Of a DNA stretch of 64,000 nt, positions 8,355 through 19,839 are shown piece by piece. The stretch is from Promethearchaeota archaeon (lineage in GTDB: Archaea > Asgardarchaeota > Lokiarchaeia > Sigyniarchaeales > SOKP01): NCBI GenBank assembly GCA_030599585.1, contig JAUVNS010000004.1, positions 128,001 through 192,000 of the forward strand, given 5' to 3'. The position numbers and the translations under genes are program-made. The notes under the pieces are model-generated. The model ran no database searches. It had not been told where the DNA came from and was given only the letters and a program-made list of their open reading frames with translations. The stretch's first letter is position 1, and each line of letters starts with the position of its first letter.

Positions 8355-9794
8355 ATGAAAAATTCAACTGTTAGACTTACTTTTTTGGGGGGTGTGAATG
8401 AAGTAGGAGGAAATAAAATCCTATTAGAAGATTTCAATTATAATGTGAAAATTTTTTTAGACTTTGGAATTAACATAAAAGATTATAATGATCAATACGA
8501 TAGAAATGAAGCACCAAATTCAATCAAAGAATTAGTTAGGTTAGGATTATTACCTGAAGCGGAAAAATTATCAATCAATAATTTATATACCGACTTTAAA
8601 GCGAATGAGGACCAAGATTGTAATGATTTGGAAACCAATCTCGATGGAATTTTTGTCAGTCATCCCCATAAAGATCATTTTTTTGGATTGTCATTTGTTA
8701 ATAAAAACATACCAATATATACGGGAGTTTTTACCAAAAAAATTATTTCTGCTTATTATAAATGTTCTAAAAATTCAATCACTAATAATTATGGAGGTTT
8801 GAACTGGAGGCTGTTTCGTACGGGCGATATTCTTGATATTAAAGGATTAGAAATAATACCGGTGCATGTAGATCACTCAATCCCCGCCGCTTATGGTTTC
8901 ATCATTAAAACTTCTAACGGTATTGTTGTTTACACCGGAGATTTTCGTATGCACGGCCCTTTAGCTGCTATGACTCAAGATTTTTTAAAAGAAATAACAA
9001 ATAAAGATATTGATAAAATTGATATCTTAATCTGTGAAGGGACACATATTCATAGGGGTGCAATCGAGTCTGAAGACAATGTAGAGAAAAATATTGAACA
9101 ACTCTTCCTTGAAAACCCTTTTGATTTTTTTTTAGTAAAGTATGGACGTTTAGATTGGGATCGTTTCAGGACCTTTTCTTTAATTGCGAAGAAGTACGGT
9201 TGGAAATTTATCATCACCGAAAAAGACGCTTATTTCTATTATCTCATGAATAAAGATAAAATCTACGAAAGTATGAAAAATCCAAATATAATTGATGATG
9301 ATCACATTTTAATCCTCTCTAGAGGCAATGCAAGATATCGATGGCAAGAAAAAATAAGACAAGCGCTACATAAGGAAAAGAAGGGTTTCCGTTTTATAAA
9401 ATATGATGAAATTAAAGAGTTAAAAAGTCAATTTTTCTTCTACATTACTTCTGTTCCAAAAGATATTATTCAAAGATTAAATCCGAATCTTAGGGGGGCT
9501 TTTATATCATCTAGCATAGATCCCTACACGGAAGAATACATTGATAATCATAGAACATTAACCCATTATTTCCGTCAACATGGCATTCCTTCTTACAGAG
9601 TACATGCGTCTGGACACGCGATGCCACATCATTTAATAAACTTTATCCAGATAATCAGACCTGATTATTTAATCCCCGTTCACTCAGATCAACCGCATTT
9701 TTTTAAAACTTTTTTCAAAAATTCTGAAATTAATGTAATACTTCCTAATAAAAACGATCGATTTGAATTGCAATCAGATATAGGTGTTTCTTAA
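8355..9794 (+). CDS. Metallo-beta-lactamase/beta-CASP nuclease (RNase J-like)
   Basis: GGVNEVGGN, LDFG, SHPHKDH, VDHS, YTGDFR, CEGT, HASGHA, PVH motifs. Confidence 0.88.
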   Translation: MKNSTVRLTFLGGVNEVGGNKILLEDFNYNVKIFLDFGINIKDYNDQYDRNEAPNSIKELVRLGLLPEAEKLSINNLYTDFKANEDQDCNDLETNLDGIFVSHPHKDHFFGLSFVNKNIPIYTGVFTKKIISAYYKCSKNSITNNYGGLNWRLFRTGDILDIKGLEIIPVHVDHSIPAAYGFIIKTSNGIVVYTGDFRMHGPLAAMTQDFLKEITNKDIDKIDILICEGTHIHRGAIESEDNVEKNIEQLFLENPFDFFLVKYGRLDWDRFRTFSLIAKKYGWKFIITEKDAYFYYLMNKDKIYESMKNPNIIDDDHILILSRGNARYRWQEKIRQALHKEKKGFRFIKYDEIKELKSQFFFYITSVPKDIIQRLNPNLRGAFISSSIDPYTEEYIDNHRTLTHYFRQHGIPSYRVHASGHAMPHHLINFIQIIRPDYLIPVHSDQPHFFKTFFKNSEINVILPNKNDRFELQSDIGVS

Positions 9795-9795
9795 G

Positions 9796-9930
9796 TTGAA
9801 AAAAAAATGTTCGGAATGCGGTATGATCCGTTCAAGTAAAGATCTCGTAAAATTAGGGGGGGGAGATATCATTTGCTTTTCTTGTTGGAATAAAAAGTTA
9901 AGAGAAAAGAAAAATTCACAACAAAACTAA
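9796..9930 (+). CDS. 44-aa zinc-finger microprotein
   Basis: Not in ORF track. TTG start, MKKKCSECGMIRSSKDLVKLGGGDIICFSCWNKKLREKKNSQQN*; AGGTG RBS at 9782-9786; starts right after the upstream stop. Confidence 0.65.
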   Translation: MKKKCSECGMIRSSKDLVKLGGGDIICFSCWNKKLREKKNSQQN

Positions 9931-9965
9931 CTTGATTAATGGTATGAAACATTAAGCAAACATCG

Positions 9966-10181
9966 TTAATACGAGAGGAGATATGTGTATTTCGTCAAAT
10001 TAAATTTTTTGAGTTTAATCTCATTTTGAGTTTCTGAGCCTTGAGGTATTATTGGCATTTTAATTACCCAATCGTAATCTTCTAAATACAAATTATTATA
10101 GAAGATATTCGTGTACTTGCACCAATCGATGAACATACTTATTGATACACTCTCGTTTTTAAGAGATGGGACTACCGACAT
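9966..10181 (-). CDS. Hypothetical small protein
   Basis: 71-aa ORF with GAGGT RBS-like sequence before the ATG; no recognisable motif. Confidence 0.45.
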   Translation of the reverse strand: MSVVPSLKNESVSISMFIDWCKYTNIFYNNLYLEDYDWVIKMPIIPQGSETQNEIKLKKFNLTKYTYLLSY

Positions 10182-10453
10182 AAAAAACCTCGTTATATTT
10201 ATAATTAATTGAATAACCTTACGCAGTGAAACTTGTTTCGCCTAGTTTATATAAGAAATACCCTTAATCAACTTTACCTATTAAAGGCAATAGCGTAATT
10301 GGAAATACTTGATATTTACAGCAACCATCATAATATTAAAAAATGACATATTTATATGTTTCGAAGTTTTGTTCAAATGAATAACTAATCAAAATATTAA
10401 TATGACTTGCCTTCTCTTTATTAAAACAAACATTCGAGAATCTGATGGTATAA

Positions 10454-12418
10454 ATGGAATATGGTTTTTTTGGAAAAGTATTATGGGTTGACTTAACAAA
10501 TGATACTTTTAGGGAGGAGGAAGTGCCTGAAAAGATATATCGTCAATTCATGGGTGGATACGGTTTAGGATGTAGATTATTATATGAAAGAATGCCCTCG
10601 CATATAAAACCCTTGAGTCCTGATTCCATAATTGGATTTTTCCCAGGGTTATTAACGAGTACTGTAGCTCCTTATTCAGGCAGATATATGGTTGTAGGTA
10701 AGTCACCACTTACAGGAACTTGGGGTGACGCAAATAGTGGAGGAACTTTTGGACCTGCGCTTAAAACTTGTGGCTACGATGGAATTATAGTCGTAGGCAA
10801 ATCTAAAAAACCAACATATCTCTCTATTATAGACAATGCAATTAAGATTTTAGACGCTTCAGATATTTGGGGAAAAGATATTATAGAAACCGAGAAAATT
10901 CTAAAAAAAAGGCACGGTAACTCAATCAAAACCGCTGGCATTGGACAAGCAGGAGAAAAATTATCAAAAATCTCTGGAATCGCAAATGACAAAGGAAGAA
11001 TTGCTGCCCGTTCGGGTTTAGGAGCTATAATGGGTTCTAAAAATCTAAAAACGATAGTTCTTAATGGCAATAAAAAAGTTGAGATTTTTAATCGCGAAAA
11101 ATTTTATGAATTGATAAAAGAGTATAATAGAGCAACCAAGATTAAACCTTTAAACTTAATGAAAAAGTCGTTTTTAGGTAAAATGTTTGGAATGGTAAAA
11201 TCTATGCGCAGACTTAAAATTGGAATGATAAATGCGCCAGATCTTATGCGAACAATTTATCGTAATTATGGGACTAGTATTGGAAATACAATTAGTGCGG
11301 AGACTGGGGACTCTCCTATTAAAAATTGGTCAGGAATAGGGATGTACGATTTCCCTTACGAAAAATCAGTCAATTTATCATCAATTGAGATTTCCAAATA
11401 TAAAGTGAAAGAATATGGATGTTTTAGTTGTCCTGTTCAATGTGGAGCAATTCTGAAAATCCCTGAGTTAAATATCGAAGAAATGCACATTCCTGAATAC
11501 GAAACTTGTTGTGCCTTCGGTTCTCTTTTGCTTAACAATGATTTATTCTCGATATTCCAAATTAATGACATTTGCAATCGAGCCGCAATTGATACAATTT
11601 CAGTTGGAGCTACCGTTGCTTATGCAATTGAGTGTTTCGAAAAAGGACTTCTAAGTTTGGAAGATACAGGTGGTTTAGAATTAGCATGGGGCGATACTAA
11701 GGTTATTTTGAGTCTAGTCAACATGATAATAATGAGAGAGGGTATTGGTGATTTATTAGCTGACGGAGTAAAAATAGCAGTCGGCAAAATTGGAAAAGAG
11801 AGCGAACCATATGCGATTAATTCGTTAGGTTCAGAAATTCCTATGCACGATCCACGATATTTTGAGTCTTTAGCATTTTCATATGCCTTTGATCCGACAC
11901 CAGGAAGGCATACAACGGCAAGTATTGATTTTGCTGAAATTGGATCTTATGATAAATTCGAAAAAAAGGTAACTTTACCAAAAAACCGAACAAAAAACAT
12001 TAATAATAAAATAGAAGCACAAGTTATTACTACGGGTTTTCATCAAATACTTAACTGTGCTGGGATGTGCATGTTCTCAACTTCTTTTGGACCTTATCCT
12101 TTTATTGATCTTTTAAATGCTTTAACAGGGTGGAAAGGTAATATTGATGAGTATATCGAAACCGGTCTAAGAATCCAGACATTGCGTCAAGCATTCACTT
12201 TAAGAGAGGGGATTAAAATATCACAGAATGAACTTCCGGATAGAGTTATAGGAATACCCCCCGCAAAAAAAGGACCCCTAAAAGGTAAAACTATAGAATA
12301 TAAAGACTTTTATAAAAAATACTGCGTCAGAATGGGCTGGAATCCCGAAAATGGATATCCGTTAAAAAGAACGCTAGAAAAACTAGACCTTGAATTTGTG
12401 ATTAAAGATTTGTATTAG
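10454..12418 (+). CDS. Tungsten-containing aldehyde:ferredoxin oxidoreductase (AOR) family enzyme
   Basis: KSPLTG, AARSGLGAIMGSKNLK, CFSCPVQCG, PEYET, DTIS, PMHDPR motifs. Confidence 0.93.
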   Translation: MEYGFFGKVLWVDLTNDTFREEEVPEKIYRQFMGGYGLGCRLLYERMPSHIKPLSPDSIIGFFPGLLTSTVAPYSGRYMVVGKSPLTGTWGDANSGGTFGPALKTCGYDGIIVVGKSKKPTYLSIIDNAIKILDASDIWGKDIIETEKILKKRHGNSIKTAGIGQAGEKLSKISGIANDKGRIAARSGLGAIMGSKNLKTIVLNGNKKVEIFNREKFYELIKEYNRATKIKPLNLMKKSFLGKMFGMVKSMRRLKIGMINAPDLMRTIYRNYGTSIGNTISAETGDSPIKNWSGIGMYDFPYEKSVNLSSIEISKYKVKEYGCFSCPVQCGAILKIPELNIEEMHIPEYETCCAFGSLLLNNDLFSIFQINDICNRAAIDTISVGATVAYAIECFEKGLLSLEDTGGLELAWGDTKVILSLVNMIIMREGIGDLLADGVKIAVGKIGKESEPYAINSLGSEIPMHDPRYFESLAFSYAFDPTPGRHTTASIDFAEIGSYDKFEKKVTLPKNRTKNINNKIEAQVITTGFHQILNCAGMCMFSTSFGPYPFIDLLNALTGWKGNIDEYIETGLRIQTLRQAFTLREGIKISQNELPDRVIGIPPAKKGPLKGKTIEYKDFYKKYCVRMGWNPENGYPLKRTLEKLDLEFVIKDLY

Positions 12419-12471
12419 AAATTCACTTTTAAAAACCTAACAATCTAATTTAAGAGAATATTCATACTCTT

Positions 12472-12948
12472 ATGACTACTGATAATGATACTATGGAAAA
12501 CCTACAAAGCTATCTGAAAAAAGAGATTTTAAAAGATGCTATAATATTAAAAAATAAATATCCTCCTATTTCAGAAAAGGTAAACGGAATCTCTAAATCC
12601 TTAAGGATTAAGAACATTTACAAGTTAAAAGGAAATTTGAATAATTTCATTTTCATAACAACAAAAAACTACACTAAAAATCCTCGATACAGATATTTTT
12701 TGGCCATATTATTAGCTACTCAAAGCTCTGATCTTTTAGTTAGTCTAGCAAAAGAATTTAGCAAAAAAAATAGATTAAAACTGATCCAATTTTCACTATA
12801 TCCTCAACACTTCAGAGTTGGTTTATTTTCTTTGAAAGAAATACATAATAAGAATAATTTTTCAGAAGTAATCGATTTACTAAAAGGTTTTAGAATTATT
12901 TATCGAAAAGATTTAGAAAAACTCGGAAAATTAATTGAACGTGTATAA
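12472..12948 (+). CDS. Hypothetical protein
   Basis: 158-aa ORF in operon-like position between AOR and pyk. Confidence 0.7.
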   Translation: MTTDNDTMENLQSYLKKEILKDAIILKNKYPPISEKVNGISKSLRIKNIYKLKGNLNNFIFITTKNYTKNPRYRYFLAILLATQSSDLLVSLAKEFSKKNRLKLIQFSLYPQHFRVGLFSLKEIHNKNNFSEVIDLLKGFRIIYRKDLEKLGKLIERV

Positions 12949-13025
12949 TATTTATAGCTAGTTATAATAGTAATAATAATAATTTTATAGTAGAATTTGA
13001 ATTAAATACCTAACTTTGTTATAAA

Positions 13026-14489
13026 ATGTCATTTAGAGAGAATACCGTTAAAATTGTTAGCACTATTGGTCCTGCTTCGAGTTCAAAACAGATGATTAAG
13101 AGTCTAATCGATGCTGGTGTTGATGTTTTTCGATTAAATTTTTCTCATGGAACACATAAGGAAAAGGGCGAATTAGTTGAAAGAATCAGAAGCGTAGACG
13201 ATAAAATTGGAATTATGGCCGATATTCAAGGTCCAAAAATTAGAGTTGGTAAATTTAAGAACGATGAGGCCTACATACTAAATGTTGGACAAGAAGTAAA
13301 GGTATACGAAAGTGAAATTCCTGGGGGTGGAGATCAAACTCAATTTTCCATTCCGTTAGTAGGATTTCTAAAGTCAATGAAAAAGGGGAATGTGTTTTTT
13401 GTTAACGATGGGATTATTAAAATTGAAATTAAAAGTAAAGAAAAAGATCATTTGATTGGAGAAGTAATCGCGGGTGGAATAATTAGTAACAACAAAGGAG
13501 TAAATATTCCAGCTGTAGAACTAAATCAATCTGTGCCTACTGAAAAAGATATTAAAGACCTTGAGTTTATAGCAGATATTAATCCCGAGTTTGTCGCAAT
13601 TTCATTCGTATCTAGAGGGGACGATGTTCTCACTGTCAAAAAACTCCTTGAAAATTACGGGAATAACGAAATAAAATTAATTTCTAAGATCGAACGCCCT
13701 ATCGCACTCGATAATTTTGATCAAATATTAGAAGTATCAGATGGGATAATGATTGCGAGAGGAGATTTGGGCGTTGAGATATCTCCAGATCAAGTACCAA
13801 TTAAACAAAAAGAATTGATTATTAAATGTAACCGAGAAGGAAAACCCGTAATTGTAGCAACCCAAATGTTGGAATCAATGATAAACACACCTGTTCCCAC
13901 TAGAGCTGAAGCTAACGATATATTTAACGCTGTTATCGATGGGACCGACGCTGTAATGCTTTCTGCCGAAACTGCAGTAGGAAAATATCCAATAAATGCT
14001 GTCGAATATATGAACAAGATTGCGACAACAGCTAGCGAAAATACACCAAAACGAGCTCCTGACGATTACGATTCAGATCGTTTAACACACACGCAAACGC
14101 TTGGTCATGCAATATATGCTCTTGCTCACGAAATGGAAGAATTAAATTTTAGAGGCAAAATTTTAGTAATTACCAGAAAAGGTTATGGTGCTAAGATGAT
14201 TTCTAAATTCCGGCCTCCGTTGCCAATAATTGCAATGACTCCTTCAAAAAAAACTGCACGAGAATTAAACCTTATTTGGGGAGTACAACCCATATATATC
14301 GAGAATATCGACTTTTTTAATTTGGATGTTGAAAGTTTAATCGAGCAATCCGTAAGATTTGGTGTTGAAACTGGTCATATCGACGAAAATGAGCACGTTA
14401 TTATTTTGCTAGTTTCGAGAAAGTTTCAAAAAAGAGGAAATCTTGTTGGACTTTACTATGTTGGTGAAATCCTTAACCCAGAGACCTAA
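13026..14489 (+). CDS. pyk: Pyruvate kinase
   Basis: KIVSTIGPAS, RLNFSHG, DIQGPKIR, ISKIE, MIARGDLGVE, ATQMLESM, DGTDAVMLSAETAVGKYP. Confidence 0.98.
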   Translation: MSFRENTVKIVSTIGPASSSKQMIKSLIDAGVDVFRLNFSHGTHKEKGELVERIRSVDDKIGIMADIQGPKIRVGKFKNDEAYILNVGQEVKVYESEIPGGGDQTQFSIPLVGFLKSMKKGNVFFVNDGIIKIEIKSKEKDHLIGEVIAGGIISNNKGVNIPAVELNQSVPTEKDIKDLEFIADINPEFVAISFVSRGDDVLTVKKLLENYGNNEIKLISKIERPIALDNFDQILEVSDGIMIARGDLGVEISPDQVPIKQKELIIKCNREGKPVIVATQMLESMINTPVPTRAEANDIFNAVIDGTDAVMLSAETAVGKYPINAVEYMNKIATTASENTPKRAPDDYDSDRLTHTQTLGHAIYALAHEMEELNFRGKILVITRKGYGAKMISKFRPPLPIIAMTPSKKTARELNLIWGVQPIYIENIDFFNLDVESLIEQSVRFGVETGHIDENEHVIILLVSRKFQKRGNLVGLYYVGEILNPET

Positions 14490-14697
14490 TTTTTTTCCTC
14501 ATCGTTAATTTAATTAACATTCTTTTCTCATTTTTCTGTATCTTGTTAAATTACATGAAGATTGCTTTAAAATTTATTAATTTATTATGATCAATTTTAA
14601 ATTCAAGGAATATGAATATAATCATAATTTTAAATTAAATTTCAAAACTATAAGGAATTCAATACTAAACAATATTAAGTAATGAGGTAGAAAAAAT

Positions 14698-15156
14698 ATG
14701 GGAGAAAGTGAATGGCAACACGCCTCTTGGGTATCTACATTAGGAAAATGGGCTTGGATTATCATTATTCTTATTGATATAATCGGATTATTGTTGTCTC
14801 TTTTTGCAATTATCCCACTGGTTATTTTATTGGGGGTTTTAGGGTTTGCGGCATTAGGAGCATCAACATGGAATATATTTGCAAGCATTATTGGCATTAT
14901 AATTGCTCTACTTGTTATTAAACCTAAATTCTCAAAGCCATGTGGAGAAAAAGACTGGGATGCATTGTATGGTTGGGTTTTAAAATTAGGTGGTTTTAAT
15001 GTTCCATGGATGTTTGTATGGGGCCTTATTTTGCTTCTGTTCGGATGGTATGGCTGGGGGACATTATCAGTTTTTGTTCCGGCCTTTATGTTAATTTTTG
15101 CTGGTCCTAAAGAATACAAATGGTCTGAAGAAAAAGCACCAAAAGAGAATCTATAA
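14698..15156 (+). CDS. Hypothetical Trp/Gly-rich membrane protein (3-4 TM)
   Basis: Hydrophobic segments; GAGGT RBS; T-rich terminator after the stop. Confidence 0.75.
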   Translation: MGESEWQHASWVSTLGKWAWIIIILIDIIGLLLSLFAIIPLVILLGVLGFAALGASTWNIFASIIGIIIALLVIKPKFSKPCGEKDWDALYGWVLKLGGFNVPWMFVWGLILLLFGWYGWGTLSVFVPAFMLIFAGPKEYKWSEEKAPKENL

Positions 15157-15197
15157 AAATTCTTTTTATTTTCTTTTTATTTTTAAATGTAAAAAAA

Positions 15198-16085
15198 TTA
15201 AACTTTTATTTTGAGTTTTGTTGAGAGTTCTTTATATCTGGAGCGTAAGGTAACTTCAGTGACTCCTACAATCTCGGCAATATCCTTTTGCGTTAGTTCT
15301 AATCCCTTCATTCTACACGCTAAATATATAGCTCCAGCTACTATTCCTTTGGGATCTTTACCGCTGGTGGAAAACCTCTCAGAATAAGCGTTTACAATTT
15401 TAGTAGAATTAATTTCAATGTCGGGACCGAGTTTTAAAGTAGCTATATAAGTTGGTATTAAATCGCTTGGGTTGGTATTTGGAGCTTTAATGTTAAATTC
15501 TCTAATTAAAACGCGATAACACCTTCTAATATCTTTCTCGCTCTCGGATGATTCATCCAAAATCTCTTGCAAAGTACGTGGTATCCTTTTTAATCTAATC
15601 GCCAAATATATCGAAGCTGCAATCATGGAATTAATCGATCTACCCCTTAACAACTTCTTTTTAAAAGCGTCCTTATACAACTTTATAGCTTCGAACTTTA
15701 TATGATTTGGTAAGTTTAAGTTGCTGCATATCCTTTTAAGCTCAGTTGTAGCGATGAGAATATTTCTTTTTTCCCATGTAATTCGAGTATTCCATTTTAC
15801 TGCTCTCTTCAAATCAGGATCTTTAATATTTTTTCTATCGATTACAGTCGTTAATCCCATGTCAGGTAGTAAACTAGAAATCGGAGCCCCTGTATGCTCC
15901 CTTTGATTTTTCTCTTGAGATGTGTAAGCTCTTTTATCGCTGTGGGACAAATCTACACTCCTTTCTTTAATAACTAGTCCACAATCAGAACACACAATCT
16001 CTCCAATCTGATTTAGAGAAATAACATTGCCATTGCATTCAGGGCATAAATCTGATATAATATTTAAGTCTGTTACAGCATTCAT
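15198..16085 (-). CDS. tfb: Transcription initiation factor IIB (TFB paralog)
   Basis: Zn ribbon CPEC...CSDCG; two cyclin repeats (LRGRSINSMIAASIYLA, GKDPKGIVAGAIY); HTH TQKDIAEIVGVTEVTLRSRYKEL; GGTGA RBS. Confidence 0.95.
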   Translation of the reverse strand: MNAVTDLNIISDLCPECNGNVISLNQIGEIVCSDCGLVIKERSVDLSHSDKRAYTSQEKNQREHTGAPISSLLPDMGLTTVIDRKNIKDPDLKRAVKWNTRITWEKRNILIATTELKRICSNLNLPNHIKFEAIKLYKDAFKKKLLRGRSINSMIAASIYLAIRLKRIPRTLQEILDESSESEKDIRRCYRVLIREFNIKAPNTNPSDLIPTYIATLKLGPDIEINSTKIVNAYSERFSTSGKDPKGIVAGAIYLACRMKGLELTQKDIAEIVGVTEVTLRSRYKELSTKLKIKV

Positions 16086-16097
16086 TTAATCACCTTT

Positions 16098-17129
16098 TTA
16101 TATTCCTGTTGCTTTTAATTGTTCTAATAATTCTTTTTGTTTCTTACTAATTCTCTTAGGAACCTTAATCTTTACTCTTACTAATTGGTTTCCTCTTTCT
16201 TCTGAATTAATTTTATAAAATCCCTTATTCTTTAATCTTAATATTGTTGAATCTTTAGTTCCTTCGGGAACTGATACGTTTATATCTTTTTCTATCCCTG
16301 GAACTTGAGTTTTACCGCCTAATGCTGCTGTAGTAAAAGGGATTTCTTGATCAATATATATATCGTCTCCATCTCTTTCAAAGAGTTTATGATTTTTCAC
16401 ATGGATGGCAATATACAGATCACCGGGGGAACCTCCATTTTCACCTGGCATCCCTTTTCCTTTTAGGCGTAATTTCTGGTCATCTCTAACCCCTCGTGGA
16501 ATTGTTACTGATAAAGTTTGATTCGACCCTGTAGCGGGGTCCTTATATTGAACTTGTCTCTTCCCTCCAAGAAATGCGTCCATAAAACTTATTTCCATGT
16601 CGTATCTTAAATCTTCACCTTCTCTTGGATAATTTTGTTGTCTAGTGGATCTCGCTCTCGTACTTCCACCTCTATTAGAAAAGACATCAAATATGTCTCC
16701 TAAATCGTTAAAAAAGTCATTCCCTCCTGAAGATTGCCCTCTACGAGAGTTTCTTGAATTTCCAAAAATTTCGCTAAAATCAAAATTCCCAGGCGTTTCA
16801 GAAGTTGAATAATAATATGTATTTCCATCTGGACCTCGTTGCACTCTTGCACCTCCTGGTGCACGGCCCCCTCGTTGGTAGGTAGAGGAGTCTCCTTCAA
16901 CAACCCCAAATTTGTCATACATTTCTCTTTTTTTATCATCACTCAATAAACTATACGCTTCATTTATTTCCTTAAATTTTTCGCCAGACTTAGCTTCATT
17001 AGCGTTTACATCAGGGTGATATTTTCTGGCTAATTTTCGAAATGCTCTTTTAATTTCCTCTTTTGAAGCGCTTTTTTTTAACCCTAATGTTTTATAATAA
17101 TCTTTTGCCATAATTTTTAACCTCTTCAA
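16098..17129 (-). CDS. dnaJ: DnaJ class B (CbpA-like, no zinc finger); likely start is MAKDYY at about 17111
   Basis: J domain with HPD, G/F-rich linker, C-terminal beta domains (GDLYI, GNQLV); no CxxCxGxG repeats. Confidence 0.93.
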   Translation of the reverse strand: MKRLKIMAKDYYKTLGLKKSASKEEIKRAFRKLARKYHPDVNANEAKSGEKFKEINEAYSLLSDDKKREMYDKFGVVEGDSSTYQRGGRAPGGARVQRGPDGNTYYYSTSETPGNFDFSEIFGNSRNSRRGQSSGGNDFFNDLGDIFDVFSNRGGSTRARSTRQQNYPREGEDLRYDMEISFMDAFLGGKRQVQYKDPATGSNQTLSVTIPRGVRDDQKLRLKGKGMPGENGGSPGDLYIAIHVKNHKLFERDGDDIYIDQEIPFTTAALGGKTQVPGIEKDINVSVPEGTKDSTILRLKNKGFYKINSEERGNQLVRVKIKVPKRISKKQKELLEQLKATGI

Positions 17130-17178
17130 TAAAAAAAATAAAAAATAAAAAAACTAAACAAAAAAACTATATATATAC

Positions 17179-19068
17179 TTATTCGTATTCAGCATCAACT
17201 ACGCCATCGTCTTGACCTGTAGCTCTACGGAATTGTTCCTGCTCGATTTCGTCTTGAGTTTGTGGAGCGCCACCCATTCCTCCAGGTGGAGCACCTTGAT
17301 AAGTGCCTTCTTGTGCATCTTGCTGTTGACCGTACATTCGAGATGAAACCTCGTGAAGAGAATTCTGTAAAGTTTCCATTGAACTTTTTATTCGAACAAC
17401 ATCCTCAGATTCCATTGCACTCCTGAGATCTGAAACTTTTTCAAGAATGTTCGATTTTAAATCTCCTATTACTGACTCGTTTTCCTTCAACAACTTCTCA
17501 GTTTGATAGATTAAAGCCTCGGCGTGATTTTTTGCTTCAGTTAATTCTTTAAACTTTTGATCTTCTTCAGCATAACTCTCCGCTTCTCTTACTTTTTGGT
17601 TGATTTCATCTTCTGACATCTTAGTTGATGCCGTAATCGTTATCGATTGACTTTTACCAGTTCCTTTATCTTTCGCTGAAACATTGATAATACCGTTCTG
17701 ATCGATGTCAAATGTCACTTCTATTTGAGGTATCCCTCGTGGAGCAGGTGGTATCCCCGTCAAATGAAACTTTCCTAATGTTATGTTATCAGCAGCTTTT
17801 GGTCGTTCTCCTTGTAATACATGAATTTCTACTGCAGGTTGATTATCAGCAGCCGTGGAAAAAGTTTCTGCCTTTTTTGTTGGAATCGTAGTGTTTCGGT
17901 TAATCAATTTGGTAAATACGCCACCTAAAGTCTCAACTCCTAACGATAATGGAGTGACATCTAATAGCAATAAATCTTCCACTTCTCCAGTTAAAATACC
18001 CCCTTGAACAGCAGCACCCATAGCAACACATTCCATCGGATCTATACTCCTTTCAGGCTTTTTCCCTAAGAAATCTTCGAAGATCTTTTGAACGCTAGGC
18101 ATTCTCGTTGGTCCACCAACTAAAATTACTTTATCAACTTCTCCTTTGTTTAATTTCGCGTCTTTCAAAGCATTAATTATAGGTGCTTCTAATCTCTTTA
18201 AAATGGGGCCAATTAGTTGTTCTAATTTTGCTCTTGTAATGTTCAAAGTAAGATGTTTTGGACCTGAATCCGTTGCTGTTATGTATGGTAAATTTATATC
18301 AGTCGAAATTGAAGTAGATAATTCAATTTTAGCCTTTTCAACTGCTTCTTTGACTCTTTGTATTGCCATAGAATCTTTGTTTAAATCAACGCCTTCCTGA
18401 TTCTTAAATTCATCAACAACATATTTAACAAGAATCCTATCCATATCTGTTCCACCTAATTGAGTATCTCCCGCTGTCGAGATTACTTCAAAGACTTGAC
18501 TGTCCAATTCCATTACTGTAACATCAAATGTACCACCACCTAGATCTAAAACTGCGATTTTTAATTGCGCATCTTTTTTATCTAATCCATATGCTACGGC
18601 CGCTGCAGTAGGTTCGTTAATTAAACGTTTAACGTTCAATCCCGCGATCTTACCAGCGTCTTTGGTGGCTTGTCTTTGATTATCGTTAAAGTAGGCAGGT
18701 ACTGTAATAATAACGTCTGTTACTTCTTCACCTAAGTAAGCGCTTGCGTCTTCTTTGATTTTTCTCAAAATCATTGCCGAAATTTCTTGCGGCTTGTATT
18801 CTTTATTTTCGATTTTCACTTTATAGGATGTTCCCATCTTTCGCTTTATAGCTGTAATTGTTCGATCAGGGTTCGAAATTGCTTGCCTTCTCGCAGGCTC
18901 CCCTACTAACCTTTGCCCATCCTTTGTAAAAGCTACAACGGAAGGAAAAGCCTTTCCACCTAATGTATTACCTTCAGCACTAGGTATAATTGTAGGCTTG
19001 CCACCTACTAATACAGCAGCAGCGCTATTCGATGTTCCGAGATCTATCCCAATGATTTTTTTTCCCAT
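17179..19068 (-). CDS. dnaK: Hsp70 chaperone DnaK
   Basis: [58 protein letters not shown]. Confidence 0.99.
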   Translation of the reverse strand: MGKKIIGIDLGTSNSAAAVLVGGKPTIIPSAEGNTLGGKAFPSVVAFTKDGQRLVGEPARRQAISNPDRTITAIKRKMGTSYKVKIENKEYKPQEISAMILRKIKEDASAYLGEEVTDVIITVPAYFNDNQRQATKDAGKIAGLNVKRLINEPTAAAVAYGLDKKDAQLKIAVLDLGGGTFDVTVMELDSQVFEVISTAGDTQLGGTDMDRILVKYVVDEFKNQEGVDLNKDSMAIQRVKEAVEKAKIELSTSISTDINLPYITATDSGPKHLTLNITRAKLEQLIGPILKRLEAPIINALKDAKLNKGEVDKVILVGGPTRMPSVQKIFEDFLGKKPERSIDPMECVAMGAAVQGGILTGEVEDLLLLDVTPLSLGVETLGGVFTKLINRNTTIPTKKAETFSTAADNQPAVEIHVLQGERPKAADNITLGKFHLTGIPPAPRGIPQIEVTFDIDQNGIINVSAKDKGTGKSQSITITASTKMSEDEINQKVREAESYAEEDQKFKELTEAKNHAEALIYQTEKLLKENESVIGDLKSNILEKVSDLRSAMESEDVVRIKSSMETLQNSLHEVSSRMYGQQQDAQEGTYQGAPPGGMGGAPQTQDEIEQEQFRRATGQDDGVVDAEYE

Positions 19069-19116
19069 ATTTTATCACTTCTTTTTTTTAATTTTTATTA
19101 TCATTTTTGTTTAAAT

Positions 19117-19785
19117 TTATAATTTTGATTTGATTTTTGATATCTTAACCCCAGCGGGTTTCAATATCTTGTTATTTAAATAATAACCTTTATTTAATTC
19201 TTCAATTATAGTATTTTCAGGGAATTCTTCATTCGCTTCAACCATTAATGCTTCGTGTTTGTAAGGATCAAACTTCTCACCCTCTGAATGCATAGGTTTT
19301 ACTCCCTCGTCTTCTAAGAATTTTTCAAAATTTTCGACAATCATTTTAAAACCCTTTTTTACTGACTCTCCCTTTTTTATTAAATCCAATACATTTAAAG
19401 CTCTCAGTAAATCCTCGTAATGTTTAATTAATTTCTTCATTATATCTTCTTTTACTCGCGCTCTATATCTCTCGTTCTCCCGTTGATTTGCCTTCTTGTA
19501 GTTATCGAAATCCGCTTGCGTTCTCACTAAAGAATTTAAGTATTTCTCATTTTTCTCTTCTAACTCCTTTAACTTTCTGCCGTCATCCTTTAAATATTCA
19601 ATTTGTCTTTCTAACTCTGATTTTTTCGACTCAACTTGATCTAATTTTTTTAGTAGCATCTGATATTTTTCCGCGGTCTCCACGAGGTTTTTATATTTTT
19701 CTTTTGAAACCGTTACTTTACGGTAAGGGTCTTCCAACGACCTACGAGCGTTGAAAAATTCGTCGTAATAATCTTCAAATACCAT
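19117..19785 (-). CDS. grpE: Nucleotide exchange factor GrpE
   Basis: RTQADFDNYKK, GEKFDPYKHEAL, KGYYLNNKILKPAGVKI; directly upstream of dnaK. Confidence 0.95.
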   Translation of the reverse strand: MVFEDYYDEFFNARRSLEDPYRKVTVSKEKYKNLVETAEKYQMLLKKLDQVESKKSELERQIEYLKDDGRKLKELEEKNEKYLNSLVRTQADFDNYKKANQRENERYRARVKEDIMKKLIKHYEDLLRALNVLDLIKKGESVKKGFKMIVENFEKFLEDEGVKPMHSEGEKFDPYKHEALMVEANEEFPENTIIEELNKGYYLNNKILKPAGVKISKIKSKL

Positions 19786-19818
19786 ATTTTTATCTCTTTT
19801 TTTGTAAACAATTCTTTT

Positions 19819-19839
19819 TTGTCAATTGATTGTTGACAA
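19819..19839. promoter_or_regulatory. Inverted repeat TTGTCAA-N7-TTGACAA upstream of grpE, candidate heat-shock operator
   Basis: Perfect 7-7-7 palindrome about 35 bp upstream of the grpE start, next to a TATA-like element (about 19846-19853) and a further TTGAC half-site at 19861. Confidence 0.5.
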
